Both the position numbers and the translations under genes were made by a program. Of a stretch of 64,000 nt of DNA, positions 20,858 to 32,776 are shown piece after piece. The notes under the pieces are model-generated. The model had not been told where the DNA came from. It searched no databases and saw only the letters and a program-made list of their open reading frames with translations. The stretch is from Gammaproteobacteria bacterium (GTDB taxonomy: Bacteria > Pseudomonadota > Gammaproteobacteria > HTCC5015), in NCBI GenBank assembly GCA_026004975.1, contig BPKE01000001.1, positions 373,788 to 437,787 on the forward strand, given 5' to 3'. Position 1 is the first letter of the stretch. Each line of letters opens with the position of its first letter.

Positions 20858-21943
20858 TCACTGCCGGCCCAGCCGCACCAGCGCGCGCCGCGGTCCCCAA
20901 GCACCCGGACCGGAACCGAAACGGCCGGGCAACGGCCGCCCGCAGCCCGCGCAGGCGCCCTCGCGCAAGCCCCAGTGGGTGATGCGGTAGCCGTCGCGGC
21001 CGATGAGCAGGGCGCCGCAACCCGGGCACCAGGTGCTCTGCCCTTCCGGGTCGCGGACGTTGCCGGTGTAGACGAAGTGCAGGCCGTGGTCCATGGCGAT
21101 GCGTCGCGCGCGCCGCAAGGTTTCGGGCGGTGTCGGCGGATGGTCGAGCATCTTCCAGTCCGGGTGGAAGGCGGTGAAATGCAGCGGCACTTCGGCGCCG
21201 AGCGCGTCGTGGACCCAACGGCTGAGCGCGGCGATTTCCGCGTCGCCGTCGTTCTCCCCCGGAATGAGCAGGGTGGTGATCTCCAGCCACACCTCGGTTT
21301 CGTGGCGCAGGTACTGCAGGGTGTCCAGCACCGGCGCGAGGCGCCCGGAGGTGATGCGCCGGTAGAAGCGCTCGGTGAAGGCCTTGAGGTCGATGTTCGC
21401 CGCGTCCATCACCGAGAACAGTTCCCGGCGCGGCGCGGGGCAAACGTAGCCGGCGCTCACCGCCACCGTCGCCAGGCCGCGCTCGCGACAGGCCTGGGCG
21501 GTGTCCACGGCGTACTCCAGGAACACCACCGGGTCGTTGTAGGTGAAGGCCACCGAGGCGCAGCCGAGCCGCTCGGCGGCGGCCGCGATGTCCTCCGGCC
21601 AGGCCGCTTCGGCCAGCGTGTCCACGCTGCGCGATTTGCTGATGTCCCAGTTCTGGCAGAAGCGGCAGGCGAGGTTGCAGCCGGCGGTGCCGAAAGACAG
21701 CACCGCGCTGCCGGGCAGGAAGTGGTTCAGCGGCTTCTTTTCGATCGGGTCGATGCAGAACCCGCTGGCGCGGCCGTAGCTGCGCAGCACCACCGCCCCG
21801 CCCTCGTTGGCCCGGACGAAGCACAAGCCCGCCTGGCCCTCGTGCAGCTTGCAATGGCGCGGACAGACGTCGCACTGCACGCGCCCGTCGTCGAGCGCAT
21901 GCCAATGGCGGGTCGGGTGAACGAAGGAACGCTCGCGGTCCAT
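20858..21943 (-). CDS. AmmeMemoRadiSam-system radical SAM enzyme
   Basis: N-terminal Cys motif VQCDVCPRHCKL, DPIEKKPLNHF, and radical-SAM cluster GCNLACRFCQNWDIS. Confidence 0.85.
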   Translation of the reverse strand: MDRERSFVHPTRHWHALDDGRVQCDVCPRHCKLHEGQAGLCFVRANEGGAVVLRSYGRASGFCIDPIEKKPLNHFLPGSAVLSFGTAGCNLACRFCQNWDISKSRSVDTLAEAAWPEDIAAAAERLGCASVAFTYNDPVVFLEYAVDTAQACRERGLATVAVSAGYVCPAPRRELFSVMDAANIDLKAFTERFYRRITSGRLAPVLDTLQYLRHETEVWLEITTLLIPGENDGDAEIAALSRWVHDALGAEVPLHFTAFHPDWKMLDHPPTPPETLRRARRIAMDHGLHFVYTGNVRDPEGQSTWCPGCGALLIGRDGYRITHWGLREGACAGCGRPLPGRFGSGPGAWGPRRALVRLGRQ

Positions 21944-22033
21944 GGCGACCTCCCGCGGCGCGGGGACGGACCGCCGCGCCCGAGGCCAGCCATGGGGTCG
22001 CCCCGGGCGCTTTTCAAGCGCCCGCGCGGCGGC

Positions 22034-23806
22034 TCAAGCCGGCGACCGGCGCAGGGCCAGGCCGAGCTCGCGCAGTTGCGCGGGCTCGATTTCGGCGGGG
22101 GCCTCGGTGAGCGGGCAGGCGGCCGATTGCGTTTTCGGGAAGGCGATCACGTCGCGGATCGACTGGGCGCCCGAGAGCAACATCACCAGCCGATCCAGGC
22201 CGAAGGCGATGCCGCCGTGGGGCGGCGCCCCGTAGCGCAGGGCCCGCAGCAGGAAACCGAACTTGGCCTCGGCGGCCGCGGCGTCGATGCCGAGCACGTC
22301 GAACACCGCCTGCTGCATGGCCGGATCGTGGATACGCACCGAGCCGCCGCCGATTTCGACGCCGTTGAGCACCATGTCGTAGGCGCGGGAGCGGGCCCCC
22401 GCCGGATCGGCGCGCAGCGCCTCGGGGTCGGCGACCGCCGGGGCGGTGAAGGGGTGATGCAGGGCCTGGTAGCGCTTCTCCTTCTCGTCCCACTCGAACA
22501 TCGGGAAATCGGTCACCCACAGCAGGCGCCAGCCCGGCTCGACCAGGCCGCGGTCGTGCCCGAGCTTCAGGCGCAAGGCGCCGAGCGCGTCGTTCACCAC
22601 CTCGGCGCGGTCGGCGCCGAAGAACACGATGTCGCCGTCGGCGGCGCCGGTGCGCTCGAGGATCGCCGTCACGGCCGCATCGGGCAGGAACTTGAGGATC
22701 GGCGACTGCAAGCCGTCGCGGCCGCGCGCGACCTCGGTGCACTTGATGTAGGCCAGGCCCTTGGCGCCGAAGCGGGCGACGTAGGCGGTGTAGTCGTCGA
22801 TCTCCTTGCGGCTCAGCGCCGCCCCGCCGGGCAGGCGCAGCGCCGCCACCCGGCCGCGCGGATCGCGCGCCGGCGCCGAGAACACCTTGAACTCGACGTC
22901 GCGCATGACATCCGCCAGGTCCACCAGCTCGAGCGGGATGCGCAGATCGGGCTTGTCGCTGCCGAAGCGGCGCAGCGCTTCGGCATGGCCGAGGCGCGGC
23001 ACCGGCAGGGCGATGTCGACGCCGAGGGTCTCGCGGAACAGCTCGGCGATCATCGCTTCCATGATCGCCATGATGCCCTCTTCGTCGATGAACGCGGCCT
23101 CGATGTCCAGCTGGGTGAACTCGGGCTGCCGGTCGGCGCGCAAATCCTCGTCGCGGAAGCAGCGCACGATCTGGTAATAGCGGTCGAAGCCGCCCATCAT
23201 CAGCAATTGCTTGAACAACTGCGGCGACTGCGGCAGGGCGAAAAACTTGCCCGGATGGGTTCGGCTGGGCACGACGTAGTCGCGCGCGCCCTCGGGCGTC
23301 GCGCGGGTGAGCATCGGGGTTTCGATTTCGATGAAGCCCCGCGCTTCGAGGAAGCGGCGCAGGCAGGCGGCGGCGCGGGCGCGCAGGCGCAGGCGCTGCT
23401 GCATCACCGGCCGGCGCAGGTCGATGTAACGGTGCTTGAGCCGGATCTCTTCGCCGACTTCCTCCTCGTCGAGCTGGAAGGGCGGGGTCTCGGCGGTGTT
23501 CAACACGTCCAGCGCCTCGGCGAGCAGCTCCACCTGGCCGGTCGGCAGCTCGGGGTTGGCGGTGCCCTCGGGACGGCGGCGCAGGCGGCCGCGCACGCGC
23601 AGCACGTATTCGCTTCGCAGGCGCTCGGCCAGGGCGAAGACCTCGGGACGCGAGGGGTCGAAAACGATCTGGACCAGGCCAGTGTGATCGCGCAGGTCGA
23701 CGAAGATCACCCCGCCGTGGTCGCGGCGCCGGTGCACCCAGCCGCAAAAGGTGATTTCACGGTCGATGTCGGCCTCGCCCACCCGGCCGCAATAATCACT
23801 ACGCAT
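22034..23806 (-). CDS. aspS: aspartate--tRNA ligase
   Basis: 590 aa. [19 protein letters not shown] (OB fold), class II motifs [18 protein letters not shown] and GGIAFGLDR. Confidence 0.97.
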   Translation of the reverse strand: MRSDYCGRVGEADIDREITFCGWVHRRRDHGGVIFVDLRDHTGLVQIVFDPSRPEVFALAERLRSEYVLRVRGRLRRRPEGTANPELPTGQVELLAEALDVLNTAETPPFQLDEEEVGEEIRLKHRYIDLRRPVMQQRLRLRARAAACLRRFLEARGFIEIETPMLTRATPEGARDYVVPSRTHPGKFFALPQSPQLFKQLLMMGGFDRYYQIVRCFRDEDLRADRQPEFTQLDIEAAFIDEEGIMAIMEAMIAELFRETLGVDIALPVPRLGHAEALRRFGSDKPDLRIPLELVDLADVMRDVEFKVFSAPARDPRGRVAALRLPGGAALSRKEIDDYTAYVARFGAKGLAYIKCTEVARGRDGLQSPILKFLPDAAVTAILERTGAADGDIVFFGADRAEVVNDALGALRLKLGHDRGLVEPGWRLLWVTDFPMFEWDEKEKRYQALHHPFTAPAVADPEALRADPAGARSRAYDMVLNGVEIGGGSVRIHDPAMQQAVFDVLGIDAAAAEAKFGFLLRALRYGAPPHGGIAFGLDRLVMLLSGAQSIRDVIAFPKTQSAACPLTEAPAEIEPAQLRELGLALRRSPA

Positions 23807-23866
23807 GCTCTTTCGTCCCGGGTCACGCGGCGCGGGCGCCGCACAAGGCGCCGAATATTACGAGAA

Positions 23867-23897
23867 GGCCCGCGGCCGGTGCAACCGGCCGCGGGCC
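23867..23897 (-). terminator. strong GC hairpin downstream of the zinc-ribbon gene (candidate intrinsic terminator)
   Basis: GGCCCGCGGCCGGT-gca-ACCGGCCGCGGGCC forms a perfect 14-bp stem. On the minus strand it is followed by TTCTCGTAATATT. Confidence 0.55.
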
Positions 23898-23923
23898 CGA
23901 TCCGATCGGCGTGAACGCCGCGA

Positions 23924-24211
23924 TCAGGCGGCGTCGGCGGTCGAATCGCTGCAGGCGCCGCAGGTCCCGCCGCCGCAGCCCTCGGCGGGCGCCGCGCCGC
24001 CGTCGGAATCGGCGAGGTTGCGCTTGTTCTTGGTCTTGAAGTCCGTTTCGTACCAACCGCCGCCCTTGAGCCGGAAGGCCGCCGCGGAAATGCGCTTGTG
24101 CAGGCTCGGCCGCCCGCAGGCCGGGCAGTCGACGAGCGGCGCCTCGTCGATCTTCTGCAGGACTTCCAACTGCTCGCCGCATTCGCGACATTGATATTCG
24201 TAAAAGGGCAT
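23924..24211 (-). CDS. FmdB-family zinc-ribbon protein
   Basis: MPFYEYQCRECGEQLEVLQKIDEAPLVDCPACG (CxxC...CxxC). Confidence 0.85.
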   Translation of the reverse strand: MPFYEYQCRECGEQLEVLQKIDEAPLVDCPACGRPSLHKRISAAAFRLKGGGWYETDFKTKNKRNLADSDGGAAPAEGCGGGTCGACSDSTADAA

Positions 24212-24400
24212 CTCGGCTGCTCTCCTTGTGTCGAGGGAGTTCTTGGATGCGGCCGGCGGCGGCGCTTTTCAAGCCCCACCGGCGGCGCCGGGATGATAAC
24301 CGATGTCGATGACGAGACGACGACCGGTCTGGCCGCCTTGGGCCGGTTTCGGTACAATCCGCGCGCCCGCATCCCGGAGCCTTCGCGGAGTAGCGACACC

Positions 24401-24729
24401 ATGATCCACCGCCGGCACCGAACCGCCGCCCTCGCCGCCCTGCTCACCGCCACCCCTGCCGTTGGCCGCCGCGCCGGTCGGGGATCCGGAGGCCGGGGCG
24501 CGCGAAAGCCGAGCCCTGCCTGGGCTGTCACGCCATCCCCAACTACAGCGCGACCTACCCGGGCTACCGGGTGCCCAAGCTCGCTGGGCAACGGCCGGAA
24601 TACATCGTCGAGGCGCTGAAAGCCTACCGCTCCGGCGCCCGCCGCCATCCGAGCATGCAAGCCAACGCCGCGGCGCTGACCGACCAGGACATCGCCGATC
24701 TGGCCGCCTACCTGAGTGCCGCGAAATGA
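24401..24729 (+). pseudogene. monohaem class I cytochrome c; two single-base frame breaks near the 5' end, as sequenced
   Basis: The signal peptide MIHRRHRTAALAALLTAT lies in the frame of the 24401 ATG. AAAPVGDPEAGAR lies in the next frame. AKAEPCLGCHAIPNYSATYPGYRVPKLAGQRPEYIVEALKAYRSG...LAAYLSAAK* lies in the third frame. Haem motif CLGCH. Confidence 0.75.
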
Positions 24730-25073
24730 ACCGCAAAACCGCTTTTTTGCTGTGCACGAGCCTGTTCACATTGCCGGCGGCCGCCGGCGGCGACCCGCAA
24801 GCCGGCGCGCTCAAGGCCCAGCAACTGGGCTGCGTGAGCTGCCACGGCGTCGACGGACACTCGACCATGCCGCCGGCGCCGGGCCTGGTGGTGCCGCACA
24901 TCGGCGGCCAGTACGCCGATTATCTCGCCAAGGCGCTGCGTGACTACCGTTCCGGCGAGCGCCAGAACCCGACGATGAACGGCCTGGCGGCCGGCCTGAG
25001 CGACCAGGACATCGAGGACCTGGCCGCCCACTACGCCGCCCAGTCCGGGCTCGAGGTCGTCCGGCCCAAGTGA
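24726..25073 (+). CDS. monohaem class I cytochrome c
   Basis: The ATG at 24726 overlaps the upstream stop. Signal peptide MNRKTAFLLCTSLFTLPAAA, haem motif CVSCHG, distal Met in QNPTMNG. Confidence 0.88.
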   Translation: MNRKTAFLLCTSLFTLPAAAGGDPQAGALKAQQLGCVSCHGVDGHSTMPPAPGLVVPHIGGQYADYLAKALRDYRSGERQNPTMNGLAAGLSDQDIEDLAAHYAAQSGLEVVRPK

Positions 25074-25876
25074 GCCGGACGGAAGGCCTGGTCCTTTCCG
25101 GCCGGTTTTACCCGCCGCGGCAGGAACCGGCGGCGGTTCCGCTGGTGCTGCTGCACGGCCTGTTCGGCGCCCACGCCAACCTCGGCGTGTTGGCGCGCGG
25201 CCTGAGCGAGCGCCATCCCGTCCTCGCCCTGGATCTGCGCAACCATGGCGATTCGCCCTGGGCCGAGGACATGTCCCTGCCGGCGCTGGCCGCCGACCTG
25301 GCCGCCACCCTGGACGCCCGGGGCTGGCCGGCGGCGGCGCTGGTCGGCCACTCACTGGGCGGCAAGGCGGCGATGCAGTTCGCGCTCGACGCCCCGCAGC
25401 GTTGCCTGGCCCTGGCCGTCCTGGACATCGCAGCGCGTTCCTACCCGCCGCGCCACCAGCGGATCTTCGCCGCCATCGAAGCCCTGGCGAGCAATCCTCC
25501 CGACAGCCGGCAGGCGGCCGATGCGCGCATCGCCGAGTGGATCCCGGAGCCCGCCGTGCGCCAGTTCCTGCTGGCCAATCTGCGCCGCGAGGCCGACGGC
25601 CGGCTGCGCTGGCGTTTCAACGCCGAGGCGCTCCGGGCCGGTTACGCGGCGCTCAGCGCCGCCCCGCAAGGGGACACGCCCTACCCCGGCCCGGCCTTGT
25701 TCCTGCGCGGCAGCCGCTCGGATTACGTGCGCGACGAGGACATCCCGGCGCTGCGCCGCCTGTTCCCGCAGGCGCGGGTCGAGACGGTGGACGCCGGCCA
25801 CTGGCTGCACGCGGACGCGCCGCAAGCGGTGCTGGACCACTTGCGGCGCTTTTTCGCCGCGCTCGGGCCCGCCTGA
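25070..25876 (+). CDS. alpha/beta-fold hydrolase (YbfF-type esterase-like)
   Basis: The GTG start overlaps the cytochrome stop. LVLLHGLFG and nucleophile elbow GHSLGG. Confidence 0.8.
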   Translation: MSRTEGLVLSGRFYPPRQEPAAVPLVLLHGLFGAHANLGVLARGLSERHPVLALDLRNHGDSPWAEDMSLPALAADLAATLDARGWPAAALVGHSLGGKAAMQFALDAPQRCLALAVLDIAARSYPPRHQRIFAAIEALASNPPDSRQAADARIAEWIPEPAVRQFLLANLRREADGRLRWRFNAEALRAGYAALSAAPQGDTPYPGPALFLRGSRSDYVRDEDIPALRRLFPQARVETVDAGHWLHADAPQAVLDHLRRFFAALGPA

Positions 25877-25889
25877 GGCGGACACCCCA

Positions 25890-28477
25890 TCAGCGCTTGC
25901 GGAACACGAACTCGCCGCCCTCGGCGTCCACCAGGATGGTGTCCTTGGGCCCGAAACGCCCCTCGAGAATCGCCTTGGCCAGCGGGTTCTCGATGCGCTG
26001 CTGGATGGTGCGCTTGAGCGGCCGCGCGCCGTACACCGGGTCGAAACCGCTCTCGGCGAGCAGGTCGAGCGCGGCGTCGCTGATCTCGAAGCCGATCTCC
26101 CGATCCGCCAGGCGCTTGCGCAGGTAATCGAGCTGGATCGAGGCGATCTTGCGGATCTGGTCGCGCTCGAGCGGGTGGAACACCACGACCTCGTCGATGC
26201 GGTTGATGAACTCGGGCCGGAAGTGCCCGGCGACGACCTCCATCACCGCGGACTTGAGCTTGGCGTAATCCCCTTCCCGCGCCAGGTCCTGGATGATCTG
26301 GCTGCCCAGGTTCGAGGTCATGATGATCACCGTGTTGCGGAAATCCACCGTGCGGCCGTGGCCGTCGGTGAGCCGCCCGTCGTCCAGCACCTGCAACAGG
26401 ATGCCGAACACGTCCGGGTGCGCTTTTTCGACCTCGTCGAGCAGCACGACGCTGTAGGGACGGCGCCGCACGGCCTCGGTCAGGTAGCCGCCTTCCTCGT
26501 AGCCGACGTAGCCCGGCGGCGCACCGATCAGCCGCGCCACGGAGTGCTTCTCCATGAACTCCGACATGTCGATGCGCACCATGGCGTCCTCGGTGTCGAA
26601 CAGGAATTCGGCCAGCGCCTTGCTCAGCTCGGTCTTGCCCACACCGGTCGGCCCGAGGAACAGGAAGGAACCGATCGGCCGGCGCGGGTCGGACAGGCCG
26701 GCGCGCGAGCGGCGGATGGCGTTGGCCACGGCCGTGACCGCCTCCATCTGGCCGACCACGCGGCGGCCCAGGGCTTCTTCCATGCGCAGCAGCTTTTCGC
26801 GCTCGCCCTCGAGCATCTTCGAGACCGGGATGCCCGTCCAGCGCGAGACGACCTCGGCGACCTCCTCTTCGGTGACCTTGTTGCGCAACAGCTTGAAGCT
26901 GCGCTGGCCCTCACCGGCCTCCTGGGCGGCCTTGAGCTGGCGCTCCAGTTCCGGGATGCGCCCGTACTGCAGCTCGCTCATGCGCGCCAGGTCGCCGGCG
27001 CGGCGCGCCGCCTCCAGCTCGACGCGGGCGCGGTCGAGGGCTTCCTTGATGTGCGCGCTGCCTTCGACCGCGGCCTTCTCCGCCTTCCAGACCTCTTCGA
27101 GGTCCGCGTATTCTTTTTCGAGGTCGCGGATCTGCTGTTCCAGGGCTTCGAGGCGCTTGCGCGAGGCCTCGTCGGTCTCCTTCTTGAGCGCTTCGCGCTC
27201 GATCTTGAGCTGGATCAGCCGCCGCTCGAGGCGGTCCATGACCTCGGGCTTGGAGTCGATCTCCATGCGGATGCGGCTGGCGGCCTCGTCGATGAGGTCG
27301 ATGGCCTTGTCGGGCAGCCGGCGGTCGGTGATGTAGCGGTGCGAGAGCGTCGCGGCGGCGACGATCGCCGAGTCGGTGATCTCCACGCCGTGGTGGACCT
27401 CGTAGCGCTCCTTGAGGCCGCGCAGGATGGCGATGGTGTCCTCGACGGAGGGCTCGTCCACCAAGACCTTCTGGAAGCGTCGTTCCAGCGCCGCGTCCTT
27501 CTCGATGTACTCGCGGTACTCGTCCAGCGTGGTGGCGCCGATGCAGCGCAGCTCACCGCGGGCGAGCGCCGGCTTGAGCATGTTGCCGGCGTCCATGGCG
27601 CCCTCGGCCTTGCCCGCGCCGACCATGGTGTGCAGCTCGTCGATGAAGAGGATGATGCGCCCCTGTTGTTTTTTCAGGTCGTTGAGCACCGCCTTGAGGC
27701 GCTCCTCGAATTCGCCGCGGAACTTGGCGCCGGCGATCAGCGCGCCCAGTCGAGCGCCAGCAGGCGCTTGTCGCGCAAGCCCTCGGGCACTTCACCGTTG
27801 ACGATGCGCTGGGCCAGCCCCTCGACGATCGCGGTCTTGCCGACACCCGGTTCGCCGATGAGCACCGGGTTGTTCTTGGTCCGGCGCAGCAGGATCTGGA
27901 TGGTCCGGCGGATTTCGTCGTCGCGGCCGATCACCGGGTCCAGCTTGCCCTGCTCGGCCAGCGCCGTCAGGTCGACGGTGAACTTGTCCAACGCCTGGCG
28001 GGTGTCCTCGGCCGCCGGGTCGTTCACCGCACCGCCGCCGCGCAAGGTTTCGATCTCACGCTCGAGCTGGCCCTTGACCAGGCCGGCCTGCTTGAGCAAG
28101 TCGGCGACCGGGCCGCCGACTTCGAGCAGCGCCAGCAGGAACAGCTCGCTGGAAATGTACTGGTCCTTGCGCTGCTGGGCGAGCTTGTCGGTGACGTTCA
28201 GAACGCGCGCCAGATCCTTGGAAATCTGCACGTCGCCGGCGACGCCCTGGCCCCCGACCTGCGGCAGGCGGTCGAGCATCTCGTTGAGCTTGGAGCGCAG
28301 CAGGTTCAGGTTCACCTCGCATTTGGCGAGCAGGGGCCGGATGCTGCCGTCCGGCTGATCGAGCATCGCCAGCAGCACGTGCGCCGGCTCGATGAATTGG
28401 TGGTCGCGGCCCACCGCCAGCGACTGCGCGTCGCTCAGGGCCATTTGGAATTTGTTGGTCAGCTTGTCCAGTCTCAT
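25890..28477 (-). pseudogene. clpB: ATP-dependent chaperone ClpB; single-base frame break at about 27748/27749, as sequenced
   Basis: The N-domain and NBD1 Walker A ([15 protein letters not shown]) lie in ORF 27737..28477, which ends [13 protein letters not shown]. The continuation [39 protein letters not shown], the coiled-coil and NBD2 ([10 protein letters not shown]) lie in the frame of ORF 25890..27689. Confidence 0.9.
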
Positions 28478-28507
28478 TGCACGTCCGCTCCGCTCGTCGA
28501 AGATTCG

Positions 28508-28528
28508 GCCGCGGGCCGGGCCCGCGGC
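28508..28528 (-). terminator. GC hairpin between the pgeF stop and the clpB start (weak terminator candidate)
   Basis: GCCGCGGGC-cgg-GCCCGCGGC forms a 9-bp stem. There is no clear U-tract. Confidence 0.3.
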
Positions 28529-28562
28529 GGCTGCCTACAACATGGAGGCGCGGCGGACGGAT

Positions 28563-29292
28563 TCAACCCGCCTCGGGGTCGATCCAGACGAGACTGGCCA
28601 TGCGGCCGACGCCGCCTTCGCGGCGGTGAGAGAAAAACCGATCGGCGTCTCGCCAGGTGCAGTGCCCGCCGCCCCAGACGGCCGTCACCCCCAGCGCCGC
28701 CAGCCGGGCGCGGGCGGCGGCATACAGATCCAGCCGCCAGTGACCCGTCCGGGTGGGCGTGAACCACGGTCCGGCGCCGACCGCCCGGTACACCGGGGTA
28801 TCCACCTCGTAATGGTCCGCGCCGATCGCCGGGCCCAGCCAGGCCAGCAACGTTTCGGGCGGGGCGTCGAGCGCCGCCACGGCCGCCTCGATGACGCCGG
28901 CGGCGAGCCCCCGCCAACCGGCGTGCACCGCCGCCACGGCGCCGGCGTCGCGCCGACACAGCAGAACCGGCAGGCAGTCGGCGGTCAGCACCACACAAAC
29001 CACCCCGGGCCGGCGGGTGAAGGCGGCGTCGGCGCGGCGCGGCGGCGCGGGGTCGCGGTCGAGATCGAGCACGGTGGCGCCGTGCACCTGCTCCAGCCAG
29101 GCCGGCTCGCCGGGCAGGGCCAAGGCCTCGACGAGCCGCGCGCGGGCCGCGGTGGCGGCCGGATCCAGCCGCGTCGAGAGATTGAAGGGGCGGGCCGGGT
29201 CACCGCCGGGCGGCGGCCGACGGGTGGTGGTGACCGCCCGCACCGCCGCCGGCGCCGGCCAGCCCGGGTACAACAGCGCGCCCTCGAAGCGG

Positions 29293-29303
<11 letters not shown>
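28563..29303 (-). CDS. pgeF: peptidoglycan editing factor PgeF (YfiH / laccase-domain family)
   Basis: VLTADCLPVLL...AVHAGWRG...HYEV...FFSHRR. The start is at 29303 or 29327. Confidence 0.85.
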
Positions 29304-30264
<961 letters not shown>

Positions 30265-30328
30265 CGCGGTTCGGTCCTGCGCGAACGGATAGGATACAAT
30301 GAGCGCCCCTTTCGGACCGGATGCGACG

Positions 30329-31090
30329 ATGAAGTTGCGCCTGCTCGTCTTGCTCGCCCTCGGCCTGCTCGCCGCCTGCGGCGGCAAGGAACTCGACCTG
30401 GTGACCGCCGAGGAAGACGCCCAGCAACTCTACGAGCGCGCCCGCGGCCACCTGGACGGCGCCCGCTTCGAGCAGGCGATCCGCTACTTCAAGCTGCTCG
30501 AAACACGCTACCCGTTCAGCCCCTACGCGCTGCAGGCGCAGCTCGACCTGGCCTACGCCTACCTGCTCTACGGCCAGACCGAAAAGGCGATCGCCGAGGC
30601 GGAACGCTTCATCCGCTTCAACCCGACCCACCCCCAGGTGGCCTACGCCTATTACCTCAAAGGGGTCGCCGCCTTCGGCCGGCGGCGGGCCTTCGAAGGC
30701 TGGTTTCCACGCAATCCGGCCGATTACGACAAAAAGCCCCTCGAGGAGGCCTTTGCCACCTTCAAGCAGCTCGTGGAGCGCCACCCGAACAGCCCTTACG
30801 CCGCCGACGCCTACCGCCGGATGGTGTACCTGGCCAACCTGCTCGCCCGCCACGAACTCGAGGTCGCCCGCTTCTACGCCGGACACGGCGCCTGGATCGC
30901 GGCGGCCAACCGGATCACGTACCTGCTCGAACACTTCCCCCGCAGCCCCTCGGCACGCGAGGCGCTGCCGCTGCTGGTGGAGGCCTACCGGGCGCTCGGC
31001 GCGGAAGACGCCGCCGCCGACGCCGAGCGCCTGCTGCGCCTGAACGCACCGCGCCGGGCGACCGCGGTCAAGGACGGTAGCCGCAAGTGA
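30329..31090 (+). CDS. bamD: outer membrane protein assembly factor BamD
   Basis: ATG at 30329. Lipobox LGLLAACGG. TPR motif YFKLLETRYPFSPYALQAQLDLAYAY. Divergent from rluD, as is usual. Confidence 0.92.
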   Translation: MKLRLLVLLALGLLAACGGKELDLVTAEEDAQQLYERARGHLDGARFEQAIRYFKLLETRYPFSPYALQAQLDLAYAYLLYGQTEKAIAEAERFIRFNPTHPQVAYAYYLKGVAAFGRRRAFEGWFPRNPADYDKKPLEEAFATFKQLVERHPNSPYAADAYRRMVYLANLLARHELEVARFYAGHGAWIAAANRITYLLEHFPRSPSAREALPLLVEAYRALGAEDAAADAERLLRLNAPRRATAVKDGSRK

Positions 31091-32690
31091 TCGGGTAGCG
31101 GCGCTCGCGCCCGAAGGCGCGGCGCGTGATCTTCACGCCGGGCGCCGCCTGGCGGCGCTTGTACTCGTTGCGGTCCACCCGCCGCACCACGTCCCGCACC
31201 ACCTCGGGGTCGAAACCCTCGGCGACGATCCGCTCCACCGACGCCTCGCCGTCGATGTAGCGCTCGAGGATCGCGTCGAGCAACGGATACGGCGGCAGGC
31301 TGTCCTCGTCTTTCTGATTCTCGGCCAGCTCGGCGGTCGGCGGCCGGGTCAGCACGCGCTCGGGGATCACCGGCGATATGGCGTTGCGATACCGGCACAG
31401 CCGGTAGACGCGCTGCTTGTAGACGTCCTTGAGCGGCGCGTACCCGCCGGCCATGTCGCCGTAAAGCGTCGCGTAGCCCACCGACAGCTCGCTCTTGTTG
31501 CCCGTGGCCAACACCAGTGCACCGGTCTTGTTCGACACCGCCATCAGCAACACGCCGCGGCAGCGGGCCTGGATGTTCTCCTGGGTGACATCGGCAGGCC
31601 ACTGTCCGTCGGCGCCGGCGAACAGGGGCCGCAAGGTCTCGACGAAAGCGCCGAAGGGCCCCTCGATCGACAGCTCGTGGTAGACCAGGCCGAGGTTGCG
31701 CGCCAGCGCACGCGCGTCCTCCAGGCTCGCGCTCGAGGTGTAGCGCGAGGGCATCATCAAGGCCTGAACCGCCTCGGCGCCGAGCGCGTCCACCGCCAAC
31801 GCCGCGGTGAGCGCCGAATCCACGCCGCCGGACAAGCCCAGCACCACCCCGTTGAAGCCGTTCTTGCGCACGTAGTCACGAATCGCCAGGACCAAGGCCC
31901 GGTACACCGTCTCGTCCTCGTCCTCGCCCAGGTCCTGCGGCGCCGCGCAAGGCCGACCGTCCTCGAAGCGCACGACCTCGAGGGCCGGCTCGAAACCCGG
32001 CAGGGCCGCGCACACCCGCCCCGCGCCGTCCACCACCAGCGAACGGCCGTCGAACACCAGCTCGTCCTGGCCGCCGACCAGGTTCACGTACACCACCGGC
32101 AAACCGGTTTCGTTGCAGCGTTGGCGCAACACCGCCAGGCGATCACCGAGCTTGCCGACGTGGAAAGGCGAGGCGTTCAGATTGATCAGCAACTCCGCCC
32201 CGGCCTCGCGGGCGGCCCGTGCCGGGCCGGGCTGCCAGATGTCCTCGCAGATCGTCACGCCGATGCGCACGCCACCGAGCGTCGTCACCGCCGGTTCCGT
32301 CCCCGGGACGAAATACCGCTTCTCGTCGAACACCCCGTAGTTCGGCAACAACTGCTTGTCGTACACCAGCCGGCGCTCGCCGCCGGCGAGCAGGGTCGCC
32401 GCGTTCGCCAGGCCGCCGGGCACGCGGCGCGGATGCCCGACCAGCACGGCGATGTCCCGCGCCGCGCCGGCCAGCCGCTCCACGGCCGCCTCGCAGGCCT
32501 CGACGAACCCCTCGCGGAACAGCAGATCGTCCGGCGGATAACCACACACCGCCAGCTCCGGGAACACCACGAGATCGGCGCCGGCGGCGCGCGCCCGGGC
32601 GACGGCCGCCTCGATCAGCACGCGGTTGCCCGCCACGTCCCCGACCAGCGGGTCGATCTGCGCCAAGGCGATGTTCAGGACTCGCGCCAT
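31068..32690 (-). CDS. nadE: glutamine-dependent NAD+ synthetase
   Basis: 540 aa. N-terminal nitrilase-like domain (LVVFPELAVCGYP) and C-terminal synthetase domain with PP-loop LGLSGGVDSAL. Confidence 0.93.
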   Translation of the reverse strand: MARVLNIALAQIDPLVGDVAGNRVLIEAAVARARAAGADLVVFPELAVCGYPPDDLLFREGFVEACEAAVERLAGAARDIAVLVGHPRRVPGGLANAATLLAGGERRLVYDKQLLPNYGVFDEKRYFVPGTEPAVTTLGGVRIGVTICEDIWQPGPARAAREAGAELLINLNASPFHVGKLGDRLAVLRQRCNETGLPVVYVNLVGGQDELVFDGRSLVVDGAGRVCAALPGFEPALEVVRFEDGRPCAAPQDLGEDEDETVYRALVLAIRDYVRKNGFNGVVLGLSGGVDSALTAALAVDALGAEAVQALMMPSRYTSSASLEDARALARNLGLVYHELSIEGPFGAFVETLRPLFAGADGQWPADVTQENIQARCRGVLLMAVSNKTGALVLATGNKSELSVGYATLYGDMAGGYAPLKDVYKQRVYRLCRYRNAISPVIPERVLTRPPTAELAENQKDEDSLPPYPLLDAILERYIDGEASVERIVAEGFDPEVVRDVVRRVDRNEYKRRQAAPGVKITRRAFGRERRYPITCGYRP

Positions 32691-32776
32691 CCTCCGGCCC
32701 CCGCGGAAAAGTGTGGCATTATACGCACAGCGCGGCCCGCCGGCCGCGCGCCTTCGACCGATCCGGGCGTGCCGTC

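Noticed and set aside
32713-32727. TGGCATTATACGCA lies upstream of the small Cys-rich gene and could be a sigma54 promoter.
   Set aside because: The GG-to-GC spacing is two bases too short for the -24/-12 consensus.
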